Position numbers and translations under genes: made by a program. The notes under the pieces were generated by a model that did no database searches, was not told where the DNA came from, and saw nothing but the letters and a program-made list of their open reading frames with translations. A stretch of 64,000 bases of DNA from Bacteroidota bacterium. Its GTDB lineage: Bacteria; Bacteroidota; Bacteroidia; NS11-12g; UBA955. The DNA is taken from assembly GCA_041192805.1 (NCBI GenBank), contig JBEEMF010000086.1, positions 128,291-192,290 of the forward strand, written 5' to 3'. Shown here one piece after another: positions 1 through 8,522 of this stretch (position 1 is its first letter; each line of letters opens with the position of its first letter).

Positions 1-456
1 ATCGTCTTCCAAATACTCATACGCCATCGCATTGATTTTTTTCTCCATCAATTTCCGCAATAACACTGAATCCAACTGATTGATTTGCAATGCAGAAATC
101 AACAACTGACCCGGTTTCATCAACTCGATTTCGGTTAACGTTGGTGGGTCAATCTTTAAAATCGTATCGCAAGAGTAAACGTCTTTATTGGAGTGAACAA
201 TTTCCGCACCCGCCTCACTGAACTGGATATCCGAAAAATTTGCATTGCGGCCAGCACCCGATTCAATGACTATTCGATGGCCATTGCTGGTAAAATAAGC
301 CACACCGGCAGGTGTGAGCGGGACGCGATTTTCTTGAAATGTCACCTCCTTGGGAATTCCAATATTTAAAGTGCCCCCTTTAAAAAATTGAGCAACCGAT
401 TGCAACTGCGTCTGCGCTTGGGATTCCGGCGATAAAATATTTTTTGACAATGCCAC
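1..456 (-). CDS. ald: alanine dehydrogenase, N-terminal part (gene runs off left edge)
   Basis: Not in the ORF track because there is no stop in the window. My minus-strand translation from GTG at 456 reads VALSKNILSPESQAQTQLQSVAQFFKGGTLNIGIPKEVTFQENRVPLTPAGVAYFTSNGHRIVIESGAGRNANFSDIQFSEAGAEIV... This matches the AlaDH/PNT N-terminal signature (IGIPKE..E.RV.LTP......GH.V.IE.GAG). An in-frame TAG just upstream bounds the start. The exact start codon is uncertain. Confidence 0.7.
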   Translation of the reverse strand, partial: MALSKNILSPESQAQTQLQSVAQFFKGGTLNIGIPKEVTFQENRVPLTPAGVAYFTSNGHRIVIESGAGRNANFSDIQFSEAGAEIVHSNKDVYSCDTILKIDPPTLTEIELMKPGQLLISALQINQLDSVLLRKLMEKKINAMAYEYLEDD

Positions 457-599
457 GGACTGTATGATTTTTGGTACCTCTAAGATAGTAAAGGCTTCGC
501 ACCATTCCTACATTTAGATTATTACAAATATACACATTTGTTGAGTGCCCTTTATTTATGGCTCAGTCTTTGCTTAATACAAGCGAACTTTAACGGAGT

Positions 600-607
600 T
601 ACTTTTG
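600..607 (+). promoter_or_regulatory. candidate Bacteroidota -7 box (TACTTTTG)
   Basis: Exact match to TAnnTTTG, 6 nt upstream of the ATG at 614. Confidence 0.4.
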
Positions 608-613
608 AACAAA

Positions 614-1897
614 ATGATAAAACCATTCTTCATCGCAATCACAGTGGCTATTATGACATTTTCGAATGTTGATGCCCAAGCGCCATTGAATCCAATGGGC
701 GACAATCACATTGCGAGAATCGATAGCCTTACCCAGCAATTGTTGGGCAATATCCCTTCACATTCCCCCGTAAATCACATTGAACAACGTTATCGAAACG
801 GAAGGGAATTCGAAGAGATGATGTTACAAATCGGAAGCACAATCCCCTTCCAATATCATCGTTTGGTAGAACAACACATTCGCTACTACTTGGGTTACGG
901 CGATGGTTATTTTAACCAAATCCACGAGAGAATGAAATTGTATTTCCCCATTTTTGAGGAAATTTTGGATAAAAATGGCTTGCCGACAGAGTTAAAATAC
1001 ATTTCAGTCATTGAATCCAACTTAAATCCGAGTGCGGTATCATGGTGCGGAGCAACAGGCCTTTGGCAGTTTATGCCCTACACCGGAAAGTTGATGGGGA
1101 TGCGTATCGGATATCCTTGCGACGATCGTAAGAGTATTGTTGCTAGTACCCAGAAAGCGTGTGAATATTTCGCAAACTCTCAGTCGATTTTTAACAACTG
1201 GCTATTTAGCATCGCTTCTTATAATTGTGGCCCTGGCAACGTACAAAAAGCCATTCGCAGAAGCGGCGGAAGAACCAATTTCTGGGAAGTATTGCCGTTT
1301 TTACCCAAAGAAACGCAGAATTATGTTCCCAAATTTATTGCAGTAGCTTATGTGCTAAACTTTACCCAAAAAGGCAAAAACGAATTGCACAATGATCAAA
1401 GTATCGTATTAGCTCCAACCAAAATTGATTCTACGATGCATTTGGGTAAAATCAATGAGTATTTGGGAAGTCAACACAATTTAACAGGCTTAAATCAGGA
1501 ATTGCTAAACAACAACACCGATATGGCAACCAATAGTATAATTCTGATGCCCTATTCCGCGAGTATGGATTTCATTGATCGATTTGATAGCGCTGCTTCA
1601 TTTGCCAAATTTCAAGGAGCATACGTCCCTACCAACTATAGAGCACCCTATGCTTATCCTAAATCAGTGCCTCGTGGAGTTCAAGTTGCAGGAGCCACAG
1701 CCGCGGCATATCACGCACCCGCAAAATCAGGCAGCTCATCTAGAATTGTTCACGTTGTTAGGCGCGGACAAACACTGAGTTTGGTTGCTCGAACCCACGG
1801 AGTTACAGTAACCCAGATTAAAACATGGAATCACTTGCGATCAAACAATATACAAGTGGGACAAAGGCTTATCATACAAAAACCCAAACACCGTTGA
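614..1897 (+). CDS. membrane-bound lytic murein transglycosylase (SLT domain) with C-terminal LysM
   Basis: ORF 605..1897, with the ATG at 614 preferred (signal peptide MIKPFFIAITVAIMTFSNVDAQ). SLT motifs ES.LNP.AVS..GA.GLWQFMP.TG and SYNCGPGNV are present. The C-terminal LysM reads HVVRRGQTLSLVARTHGVTVTQIKTWNHL...IQVGQRLII. Confidence 0.8.
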   Translation: MIKPFFIAITVAIMTFSNVDAQAPLNPMGDNHIARIDSLTQQLLGNIPSHSPVNHIEQRYRNGREFEEMMLQIGSTIPFQYHRLVEQHIRYYLGYGDGYFNQIHERMKLYFPIFEEILDKNGLPTELKYISVIESNLNPSAVSWCGATGLWQFMPYTGKLMGMRIGYPCDDRKSIVASTQKACEYFANSQSIFNNWLFSIASYNCGPGNVQKAIRRSGGRTNFWEVLPFLPKETQNYVPKFIAVAYVLNFTQKGKNELHNDQSIVLAPTKIDSTMHLGKINEYLGSQHNLTGLNQELLNNNTDMATNSIILMPYSASMDFIDRFDSAASFAKFQGAYVPTNYRAPYAYPKSVPRGVQVAGATAAAYHAPAKSGSSSRIVHVVRRGQTLSLVARTHGVTVTQIKTWNHLRSNNIQVGQRLIIQKPKHR

Positions 1898-3054
1898 TGT
1901 CATTGCTCCGACATAGACTCCAAATAGCGATAGGTTTTTCAACCAATATTTTACTTCTTCTAAATTCTGGATGTAATTCTAGTGATACGTCCCGCAGGGA
2001 TTCATCAATCGGTACGGCGGCTAGAATCACTGTCTTTTATCCCGATTTCTTTGAGGATAGCGCTAATGAGATTTTCTCACAAACGCTTTGGGCCGTTGAT
2101 AGTAACTTAATTCGTTTCGAAGAAAACCTCGATAAGTCTAACGATGCCTTTTACGAAGCACAGTTCGAATTTGAGTTGCACAATTTTTCCCAAATGGAGG
2201 AAGATGATATTGCGACCCATAATAAGATGCAATCCGCTCCCTTGGTTTGGATTATTGACCCAAAAAGCAAATTTGACGATATCGCCCAATCAGCAGATTC
2301 AAAAAAACCAGATGCCAAAAAAACACTGAAGGACACCACCATCAACAATATCCAATGCACCTGGATCAGCAACGTTTGGTCTGTCCCACAAGTGGTATTG
2401 ATTATCCGTGACAGTCACTCCGATGGAGAAAATATTAAATCTTCTTGGTTTCAGGCAAATCAAAAGACCTTGTTTACAATCACCAAGCAATTTGAACTGG
2501 GAAACACAACCGTAAGCAAAACAGGATCACGCCACCCTAGCCTAATTCAAAATCGTTATAGCGATAGTATTTCTGAGGCAATTGAAGCAAATTATTCCGT
2601 AAAAGCAATGTCGACCGCTGAATTCAAATTGGTAGCTAAAGCCAATGATTTCCTATGGTTACGACAAGAAACCGGAAATTATCACAGCAATTTGATGCTT
2701 CAGTTTATTGCAGGTTCTGATTCATTAGAAGATCAAACCGTCGTGCGTAACGCTCTGACAAAAAAATATCTTAAAACCGCCGAAGGTACTTGGGTTGAAG
2801 TCAGTGAAAGTGGACAATTCCCCGTTAGAAAATGGACAGTAAACGGCACTTATGGTCAGGAATATTGGATGAATGGCTGGCAAACTGAATTAAACACAAA
2901 CAGACGCGGCCCCTTTTTAAGGCGTGTGATACGGGATACGACAAATCATCGCTATGTTGCAGTTGATGGATTTATTTTCGCACCCAATCAACCCCGAAAT
3001 CGCATGATGCGCGAGCTAGAAGTCATGGTTTCACAATTTAGCTTATCCCAGTGA
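1897..3054 (+). CDS. hypothetical lipoprotein (family not recognised with certainty)
   Basis: ORF 1825..3054. The internal ATG at 1897 overlaps the upstream TGA by 1 nt and gives a lipoprotein-like leader (LLLLNSGC). No catalytic motifs recognised. Its 3' end overlaps the purN start (ATGA-type coupling at 3051-3054). Confidence 0.5.
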   Translation: MSLLRHRLQIAIGFSTNILLLLNSGCNSSDTSRRDSSIGTAARITVFYPDFFEDSANEIFSQTLWAVDSNLIRFEENLDKSNDAFYEAQFEFELHNFSQMEEDDIATHNKMQSAPLVWIIDPKSKFDDIAQSADSKKPDAKKTLKDTTINNIQCTWISNVWSVPQVVLIIRDSHSDGENIKSSWFQANQKTLFTITKQFELGNTTVSKTGSRHPSLIQNRYSDSISEAIEANYSVKAMSTAEFKLVAKANDFLWLRQETGNYHSNLMLQFIAGSDSLEDQTVVRNALTKKYLKTAEGTWVEVSESGQFPVRKWTVNGTYGQEYWMNGWQTELNTNRRGPFLRRVIRDTTNHRYVAVDGFIFAPNQPRNRMMRELEVMVSQFSLSQ

Positions 3055-3623
3055 AAATTATAATATTCGCGTCAGGAAGCGGCAGCAACGCTGAAAATAT
3101 CGTCAATCACTTTGCCGGAACTGATACTACTGTTTCAGCCATTTTTTGTAATGTTTCTGGTGCTGGCGTTTTTGAACGGGCATCTAGACTGGGCATTCCT
3201 TGCGAACTCTTCACCAAAGAAGAATGGAATACTGGTGATCGGATCGATTCTATTTTGAGCGAATACAATCCCGATTTAATTGTTTTGGCCGGCTTCTTAT
3301 GGAAATTCCCTTCGCGAATGCTTTATCAATTCCCTCATGTAATAAATGTTCACCCAGCCCTACTCCCCAAATTCGGTGGCAAAGGCATGTATGGAATGCA
3401 TGTCCATGAAGCTGTTGTAGCCGCCCATGAAAATGAAACAGGCATCACGATTCATTGGGTAAATGAGCACTACGATGAAGGCGCTGTCATTTATCAAGCC
3501 AAATGTCAAGTACTCCCGAGTGATACAGCCTCTGATATCGCCCAAAAAATCCATCAACTCGAAGGACAATATTTTCCCCGCATCTTGGAAGAAGTGTTGA
3601 AAGACATCGAACGTAAATCGTAA
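3051..3623 (+). CDS. purN: phosphoribosylglycinamide formyltransferase
   Basis: 190 aa. N-terminal MKIIIFASGSGSNAENI, then LAGF, INVHPALLP.FGG and GITIH.V....D.G.VI are typical of PurN. Confidence 0.9.
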   Translation: MKIIIFASGSGSNAENIVNHFAGTDTTVSAIFCNVSGAGVFERASRLGIPCELFTKEEWNTGDRIDSILSEYNPDLIVLAGFLWKFPSRMLYQFPHVINVHPALLPKFGGKGMYGMHVHEAVVAAHENETGITIHWVNEHYDEGAVIYQAKCQVLPSDTASDIAQKIHQLEGQYFPRILEEVLKDIERKS

Positions 3624-3712
3624 TTTCGCATTTGATCGGCATCGTTTCATTAGACTTGCAGACGAATACCATCATAAAATAGAATTCCACCCATAGCAAC
3701 AAAAAAAACACC

Positions 3713-4867
3713 ATGAAATCAAATCACATAGAAACGTTGGTTTTGCACGCGGGCATCGAGCCTGATCCAACTACAGGTGCAATCATGACCCCTATTTTTC
3801 AGACAAGTACGTATGTTCAAGCGGCGCCTGGCGACCACAAAGGATATGAATATGGCAGAACTCAAAATCCTACGCGCGATGTACTTCAGAAAAACTTGGC
3901 GGCATTGGAAGGCACTACCTATGGCTTGTGTTTCAGTACCGGAATGGGCGCTGTGGATGCTTGCGCAAAGTTGTTACAGCCTGGTGATGAAGTGGTTAGC
4001 ACCAACGATTTATATGGCGGAACCTATCGCTTATTTACAAAAATATTTGCTCAATACGGAATCAAGTTTCACTTTGTAGATATGAGCGATGAGGCTGCTG
4101 TTCGCGCAGTGATGAATGAAAACACCAAAATGGTATGGGTGGAAACGCCTACCAATCCATTGTTGCGCATCATTGATATTGAGCTCATGATTCAGATTGG
4201 TCATGCGTTTGGCAGCATCGTAGTGGTCGACAATACCTTTGCTTCCCCTTATTTGCAGAACCCAGCAAAGATGGGTGCGGATATCGTAATGCATTCAGCA
4301 ACCAAGTATATCAATGGTCATAGCGATGTGGTGATGGGTGTTTTATGTACTTCTAGCGATGATTTACACAATCGTTTGGCATTTATTCAGAATTCATGCG
4401 GGGCAACCCCTGGACCGATGGATTGCTTCCTGACATTAAGAGGCATCAAAACGCTTCATATCCGCATGCAACGTCATTGCGAAAACGGAGCAAAAATCGC
4501 ACATTGGCTAAAAAATCACCCAAAAGTGGGCGATGTATATTGGCCTGGTTTTGAATCCCACCCCAATCATGCGGTGGCTAAAAAGCAGATGAAGGACTTT
4601 GGAGGTATGATTTCTTTCACGTTGAAAGATGATGCCATTGAAAAGGCTTTGACCTTCTTGAAATCCACTCACCTCTTCGCTTTGGCGGAAAGTTTGGGCG
4701 GTGTTGAAAGCTTGGTAGGTCACCCAGCAACGATGACGCACGCCAGTATTCCTAAGGCTGAGCGCGAAGCCAATGGATTGAAGGACAGTTTGATTCGTTT
4801 GAGCGTTGGCATCGAGCATGTAGACGATTTGATTGCAGATCTCGAAGGCGCTTTGGCCAAGGTTTAA
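3713..4867 (+). CDS. Cys/Met-metabolism PLP-dependent enzyme (cystathionine gamma-synthase/lyase or beta-lyase family)
   Basis: 384 aa. Motifs YGRTQNPT, the PLP-lysine motif SATKYINGHSDV, and ESLGGVESL..HPA.MTH. The exact reaction cannot be decided from sequence alone. Confidence 0.85.
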   Translation: MKSNHIETLVLHAGIEPDPTTGAIMTPIFQTSTYVQAAPGDHKGYEYGRTQNPTRDVLQKNLAALEGTTYGLCFSTGMGAVDACAKLLQPGDEVVSTNDLYGGTYRLFTKIFAQYGIKFHFVDMSDEAAVRAVMNENTKMVWVETPTNPLLRIIDIELMIQIGHAFGSIVVVDNTFASPYLQNPAKMGADIVMHSATKYINGHSDVVMGVLCTSSDDLHNRLAFIQNSCGATPGPMDCFLTLRGIKTLHIRMQRHCENGAKIAHWLKNHPKVGDVYWPGFESHPNHAVAKKQMKDFGGMISFTLKDDAIEKALTFLKSTHLFALAESLGGVESLVGHPATMTHASIPKAEREANGLKDSLIRLSVGIEHVDDLIADLEGALAKV

Positions 4868-4954
4868 TCTTTTCCTAGCATTTGAAGTGATCGGTTACAG
4901 GCATTTTGACCGCAAGCATTTATTTCTTTGTCCCAACTACCCCGTTGTAAAACA

Positions 4955-5743
4955 ATGACAGACCTCGAGATTAAGGACTTGCTGGATTATTGGGCCAAAG
5001 AGGTGGAAGAAAATGCATTTGTTGAATTCGATCCTGTTCAAATTCCACATAGGTATTCTAGACTGCAAGACATTGAAATTGCTGGATTTTTTGCTGCTAT
5101 TATGGCCTGGGGTCAGCGCAAAACGATTATCAGAAGTGCTCAAAAACTCATGCTTTTGATGGATGATGCTCCTTTCGACTTTATCACGCAGCATGAACCG
5201 TCTGATTTAAAGCGATTTCAGTCGTTTGTGCATCGGACATTAAACGGTGATGATGTGATTTCGATGATTTCATTTTTCCGTCAGCACTATCAAACATCGC
5301 CGAGTTTGGAGGATTTGTTTTTTACTCCAGCTGTTCTTGAGGCGCCTAAGGGCTCTCAGGTTTATGAGGCTCTTTTAGCATTTCAATCTACGTGGAGTGC
5401 TTTTCCGCATTTGCATCGAACCGACAAGCATTTGGCATCGCCATTAAAGGGCAGCGCTTGCAAGCGATTGAATATGTATTTCCGGTGGATGGTTCGACAA
5501 AAGTCTCCGGTGGATTTTGGCATTTGGTCTAAGGTTTCGATGTCTGAGCTGTTGTGTCCGCTCGACGTCCACGTGCAACGCATCGCCATTGAAATGGGTT
5601 TGTTACATCGCGATAAGTCAGATTGGCAGTCGTGTATGGAATTGACCGACAGATTGCGCGAATTTCGTCCTCATGACCCCGTTTTTTATGACTACGCCCT
5701 GTTTGGCATTGGTGTTGCCAAAATGAAAGAAATTATCCGTTAA
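4955..5743 (+). CDS. TIGR02757/DUF2400-like family protein
   Basis: ORF 4928..5743 (TTG), with the ATG at 4955 preferred. Motifs MAWGQRKTII, CKRLNMYFRWMVR and PLDVHV.R are as I recall for this family. Function unknown. Confidence 0.65.
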   Translation: MTDLEIKDLLDYWAKEVEENAFVEFDPVQIPHRYSRLQDIEIAGFFAAIMAWGQRKTIIRSAQKLMLLMDDAPFDFITQHEPSDLKRFQSFVHRTLNGDDVISMISFFRQHYQTSPSLEDLFFTPAVLEAPKGSQVYEALLAFQSTWSAFPHLHRTDKHLASPLKGSACKRLNMYFRWMVRQKSPVDFGIWSKVSMSELLCPLDVHVQRIAIEMGLLHRDKSDWQSCMELTDRLREFRPHDPVFYDYALFGIGVAKMKEIIR

Positions 5744-5786
5744 CCGCAGAAATTTCATAAATTCGTAATAATATAAAATCAGCAAA

Positions 5787-6104
5787 ATGGCAGAAAAATT
5801 CACTAGCAGTAACTTCAACGAAGTTGTATTGCAATCAGACAAACCCGTATTGGTAGATTTTTGGGCAGAATGGTGTGGTCCTTGCCGCATGATCGGTCCA
5901 ATGGTCGATGAACTTTCAAATGAATATGCAGGCAAAGCCGTAATTGGCAAATTGAACGTGGATGAAAATCCAGATATTTCAATGACCTATGGCGTGCGCA
6001 GTATTCCTACTTTATTGATTTTCAAAAATGGTCAGTTGGTTGATAAAATCGTAGGTGCAGTTCCAAAACAGAACATTGCATCGAAGATTGAGGCACAATT
6101 GTAA
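5787..6104 (+). CDS. trxA: thioredoxin
   Basis: 105 aa with the WCGPC active site ([12 protein letters not shown]) and [13 protein letters not shown]. Confidence 0.95.
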   Translation: MAEKFTSSNFNEVVLQSDKPVLVDFWAEWCGPCRMIGPMVDELSNEYAGKAVIGKLNVDENPDISMTYGVRSIPTLLIFKNGQLVDKIVGAVPKQNIASKIEAQL

Positions 6105-6126
6105 TTTGAAAAGACTTATTAAAAAA

Positions 6127-6148
6127 GGCCGGCTCGCCGGCCTTTTTT
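6127..6148 (+). terminator. rho-independent terminator after trxA
   Basis: GGCCGG-CTCG-CCGGCC hairpin at 6127-6142, followed by TTTTTT at 6143-6148. It is preceded by an A-run. Confidence 0.75.
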
Positions 6149-6216
6149 ATGACTCCTACACCAATTTAATATCCTCAAACAGTAAGGCATTTCAAATTCC
6201 TCAAGCGTAAACTTCC

Positions 6217-7143
6217 GTGCTACTCGAAGAAATCCAATCCTACTCAAATTTTGAACTCTTGGCCAATTACGCCAAGGAAGGATTCATTGCCGGTCTGCAC
6301 AAAAGTCCGTTCAGAGGATTTTCTGTCGAGTTTGCAGAACACCGCCCCTACAACCCTGGGGAAAGTGTAAAGAATATTGATTGGAAGTTGTTGGCTAGAA
6401 CGGATAAAAAATATATCAAGCAGTTTGATGAGGAGACGAATTTAAAGGCCCACATTTGGCTAGATACCTCCGCAAGTATGCGGTTTCCGGAGAAAAAGGA
6501 ATTAAAATTGAAATTCGGAACGCTAACTTCGGCTGTAATTAGCGGCCTACTTCAGCAACAAAAAGACAGTTTCTCATTGGGTCTATTCAATGAAAGTGGA
6601 TTCTATCAACGAAGTGCTTGCAAAAGCACGAGAGGCCATTACCAGCAACAGTTGGCGGCACTCAGCCCACTTTGGATGAATGAAAAATCGACGCAAAAAA
6701 TAGCGAATCCACCGACAAATCAAACATTGGAGGAAGCCATATTAAACGTAGGACGACGTCAATTGGTGGTGATATTGAGCGATTTTTTGTGGGGTCCGGC
6801 CGAGGCGGTAGCCGAGGCCTCCTTTTGGAAATATATGGCCATGCTCAGATTTCAAAAATGTGAAGTCCTGCTGCTACAAATCCAACATGAAGAACAAGAG
6901 CTGAACCTGGATTTTGCATCGGGAAATCGACCTATTAAATTCATGGATTTAGAAACCAATGAATCCATCAAACTTCAACCCGATGAAATTCAAATGGCCT
7001 ATCAAAAAATAGAATCGGAACGAAATAAGCAATTCAACGACCAGTGTATTCAGTTGGGGATTGAATCATTCATCGCCGATGTATCAAAACCTATCGAGCA
7101 AGCATTAACCGCTTTCTTCGTCAAGCGCTCAAAACTCCATTAA
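6217..7143 (+). CDS. DUF58 domain protein (MoxR/Bat-associated family)
   Basis: 308 aa with a GTG start. HKSPFRGFSVEFAEHRPYNPGESVKNIDWKLLARTDKKYIKQFDEE is the hallmark DUF58 block. Confidence 0.8.
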   Translation: MLLEEIQSYSNFELLANYAKEGFIAGLHKSPFRGFSVEFAEHRPYNPGESVKNIDWKLLARTDKKYIKQFDEETNLKAHIWLDTSASMRFPEKKELKLKFGTLTSAVISGLLQQQKDSFSLGLFNESGFYQRSACKSTRGHYQQQLAALSPLWMNEKSTQKIANPPTNQTLEEAILNVGRRQLVVILSDFLWGPAEAVAEASFWKYMAMLRFQKCEVLLLQIQHEEQELNLDFASGNRPIKFMDLETNESIKLQPDEIQMAYQKIESERNKQFNDQCIQLGIESFIADVSKPIEQALTAFFVKRSKLH

Positions 7144-8471
7144 CCGCGGTTAAACAGCAATCGCTGAGGATTATAATTTTCCGTCAATCCACCGTCGTAC
7201 CCCAACACCCCATTCACCCACACCTTTTCTGGTTGATAGGTAAATTGATGTCCTTCCAAGGGCGACCAACCGCATTTATATAAAAGATCGGATTTATTCA
7301 CCGCACGATCATTCTTGCCCAACATCACTATATCGGCGGCATACCCTTCTCTTAGGTAGCCTCTATTGTTGATCTGATACAATATCGCTGGGTTGTGGCA
7401 CATTTTCTCTACCAATCGTTCGATGCTTATTTTTCCCGCAACTACATAGTCCATCATCAATGAAAGCGCGTGCTGAACCAACGGCAAACCCGAAGGGGAC
7501 TGAGCATACTTCCCCTGTTTCTCTTCCCAGGTATGCGGTGCATGATCCGTAGCAATTACATCAAACCGATCGTCGAGCAAAGCTACCCACAATGCGGCGC
7601 GATCCGTTTCTGTCTTAATAGCTGGATTGCATTTAATCAAGTTGCCCAATGTCTCATAATCACGATCTGAGAAATGCAGGTGATGCACACACACTTCCGC
7701 AGTGATTTTCTTCTCTGAAAGGGAAATATCATTTCTAAATAGATGGGACTCTTTCTCCGATGTAATGTGTAATATATGTAATCTCGCATCATGCTTCTTG
7801 GCCAATTCCATGGCGTATGAAGACGATAAATAACAAGCCTCGGCATCGCGAATGATTGGATGCTGATTTGGAGGGATAGACTCGCCAAATGCAGCCACGG
7901 CATCGGCAAACCTCGACTTCACCCGTGTTTCATTTTCACAATGCGTAGCAATTAGAATGGGGCAATGGGCGAAAAGACCTTCGAGTGCATGGGGCTGATC
8001 CACCAACATATCGCCCGTGCTGCTACCCATAAAAATCTTTACACCACAAACAGTATTCGGGTTCACCGTTTTGATTTCTTCTAAATTATGATTGGTAGCA
8101 CCCAAATAAAACGAATAATTGACGGCTGAATTTGCTGCACCCAAAGCGTACTTTTCTTCCAGTAGTAAATTGGTAACGGTTTGCGGATTCACATTGGGCA
8201 TCTCCATGTAGGAAGTGGTTCCTCCCGCCAATGCAGCACGACTTTCAGTATAAATCGATGCTTTGTGTGTCAATCCCGGCTCGCGGAAATGAACTTGATC
8301 ATCAATTACGCCCGGAATAACGAATGAACCATTGGCATCTAAAACATCAGCATTGTCTGCATCGATAGACGCATCAATCCGTTGAATCAAACCGTCTTGA
8401 ATTAATAAATCCCCTTCAAACACTTTATTGTCTGATACTATACTCGCATTCTTTATTAATATTTTTCCCAT
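7140..8471 (-). CDS. pyrC: dihydroorotase (cyclic amidohydrolase family)
   Basis: ORF 7140..8477 (TTG), with the ATG at 8471 preferred. Motifs MGKILIKNA.IV, DDQVHFREPG, a metal-binding HxH context, and ATDHAPH. Confidence 0.85.
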   Translation of the reverse strand: MGKILIKNASIVSDNKVFEGDLLIQDGLIQRIDASIDADNADVLDANGSFVIPGVIDDQVHFREPGLTHKASIYTESRAALAGGTTSYMEMPNVNPQTVTNLLLEEKYALGAANSAVNYSFYLGATNHNLEEIKTVNPNTVCGVKIFMGSSTGDMLVDQPHALEGLFAHCPILIATHCENETRVKSRFADAVAAFGESIPPNQHPIIRDAEACYLSSSYAMELAKKHDARLHILHITSEKESHLFRNDISLSEKKITAEVCVHHLHFSDRDYETLGNLIKCNPAIKTETDRAALWVALLDDRFDVIATDHAPHTWEEKQGKYAQSPSGLPLVQHALSLMMDYVVAGKISIERLVEKMCHNPAILYQINNRGYLREGYAADIVMLGKNDRAVNKSDLLYKCGWSPLEGHQFTYQPEKVWVNGVLGYDGGLTENYNPQRLLFNRG

Positions 8472-8474
8472 ACC

Positions 8475-8482
8475 CAAATTTA
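8475..8482 (-). promoter_or_regulatory. candidate -7 box (TAAATTTG on minus strand)
   Basis: Exact TAnnTTTG match, ending 3 nt before the pyrC ATG (8471). If used, the transcript would be leaderless. Confidence 0.3.
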
Positions 8483-8522
8483 CTCACTCAAAACATCATT
8501 GCACTATTTAGGGGTGTTTACC

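Noticed and set aside
3624-3712. Possible SAM or other riboswitch upstream of the trans-sulfuration PLP enzyme gene.
   Set aside because: The spacer is only 89 nt. I could not find the conserved helices or kink-turn of SAM-I, nor other riboswitch core motifs. There is no terminator or anti-terminator pair.
4868-4954. Three copies of GCATTT in the spacer upstream of the DUF2400-like gene.
   Set aside because: It is a 6-nt motif with irregular spacing in an AT-rich spacer, and is well within chance expectation.
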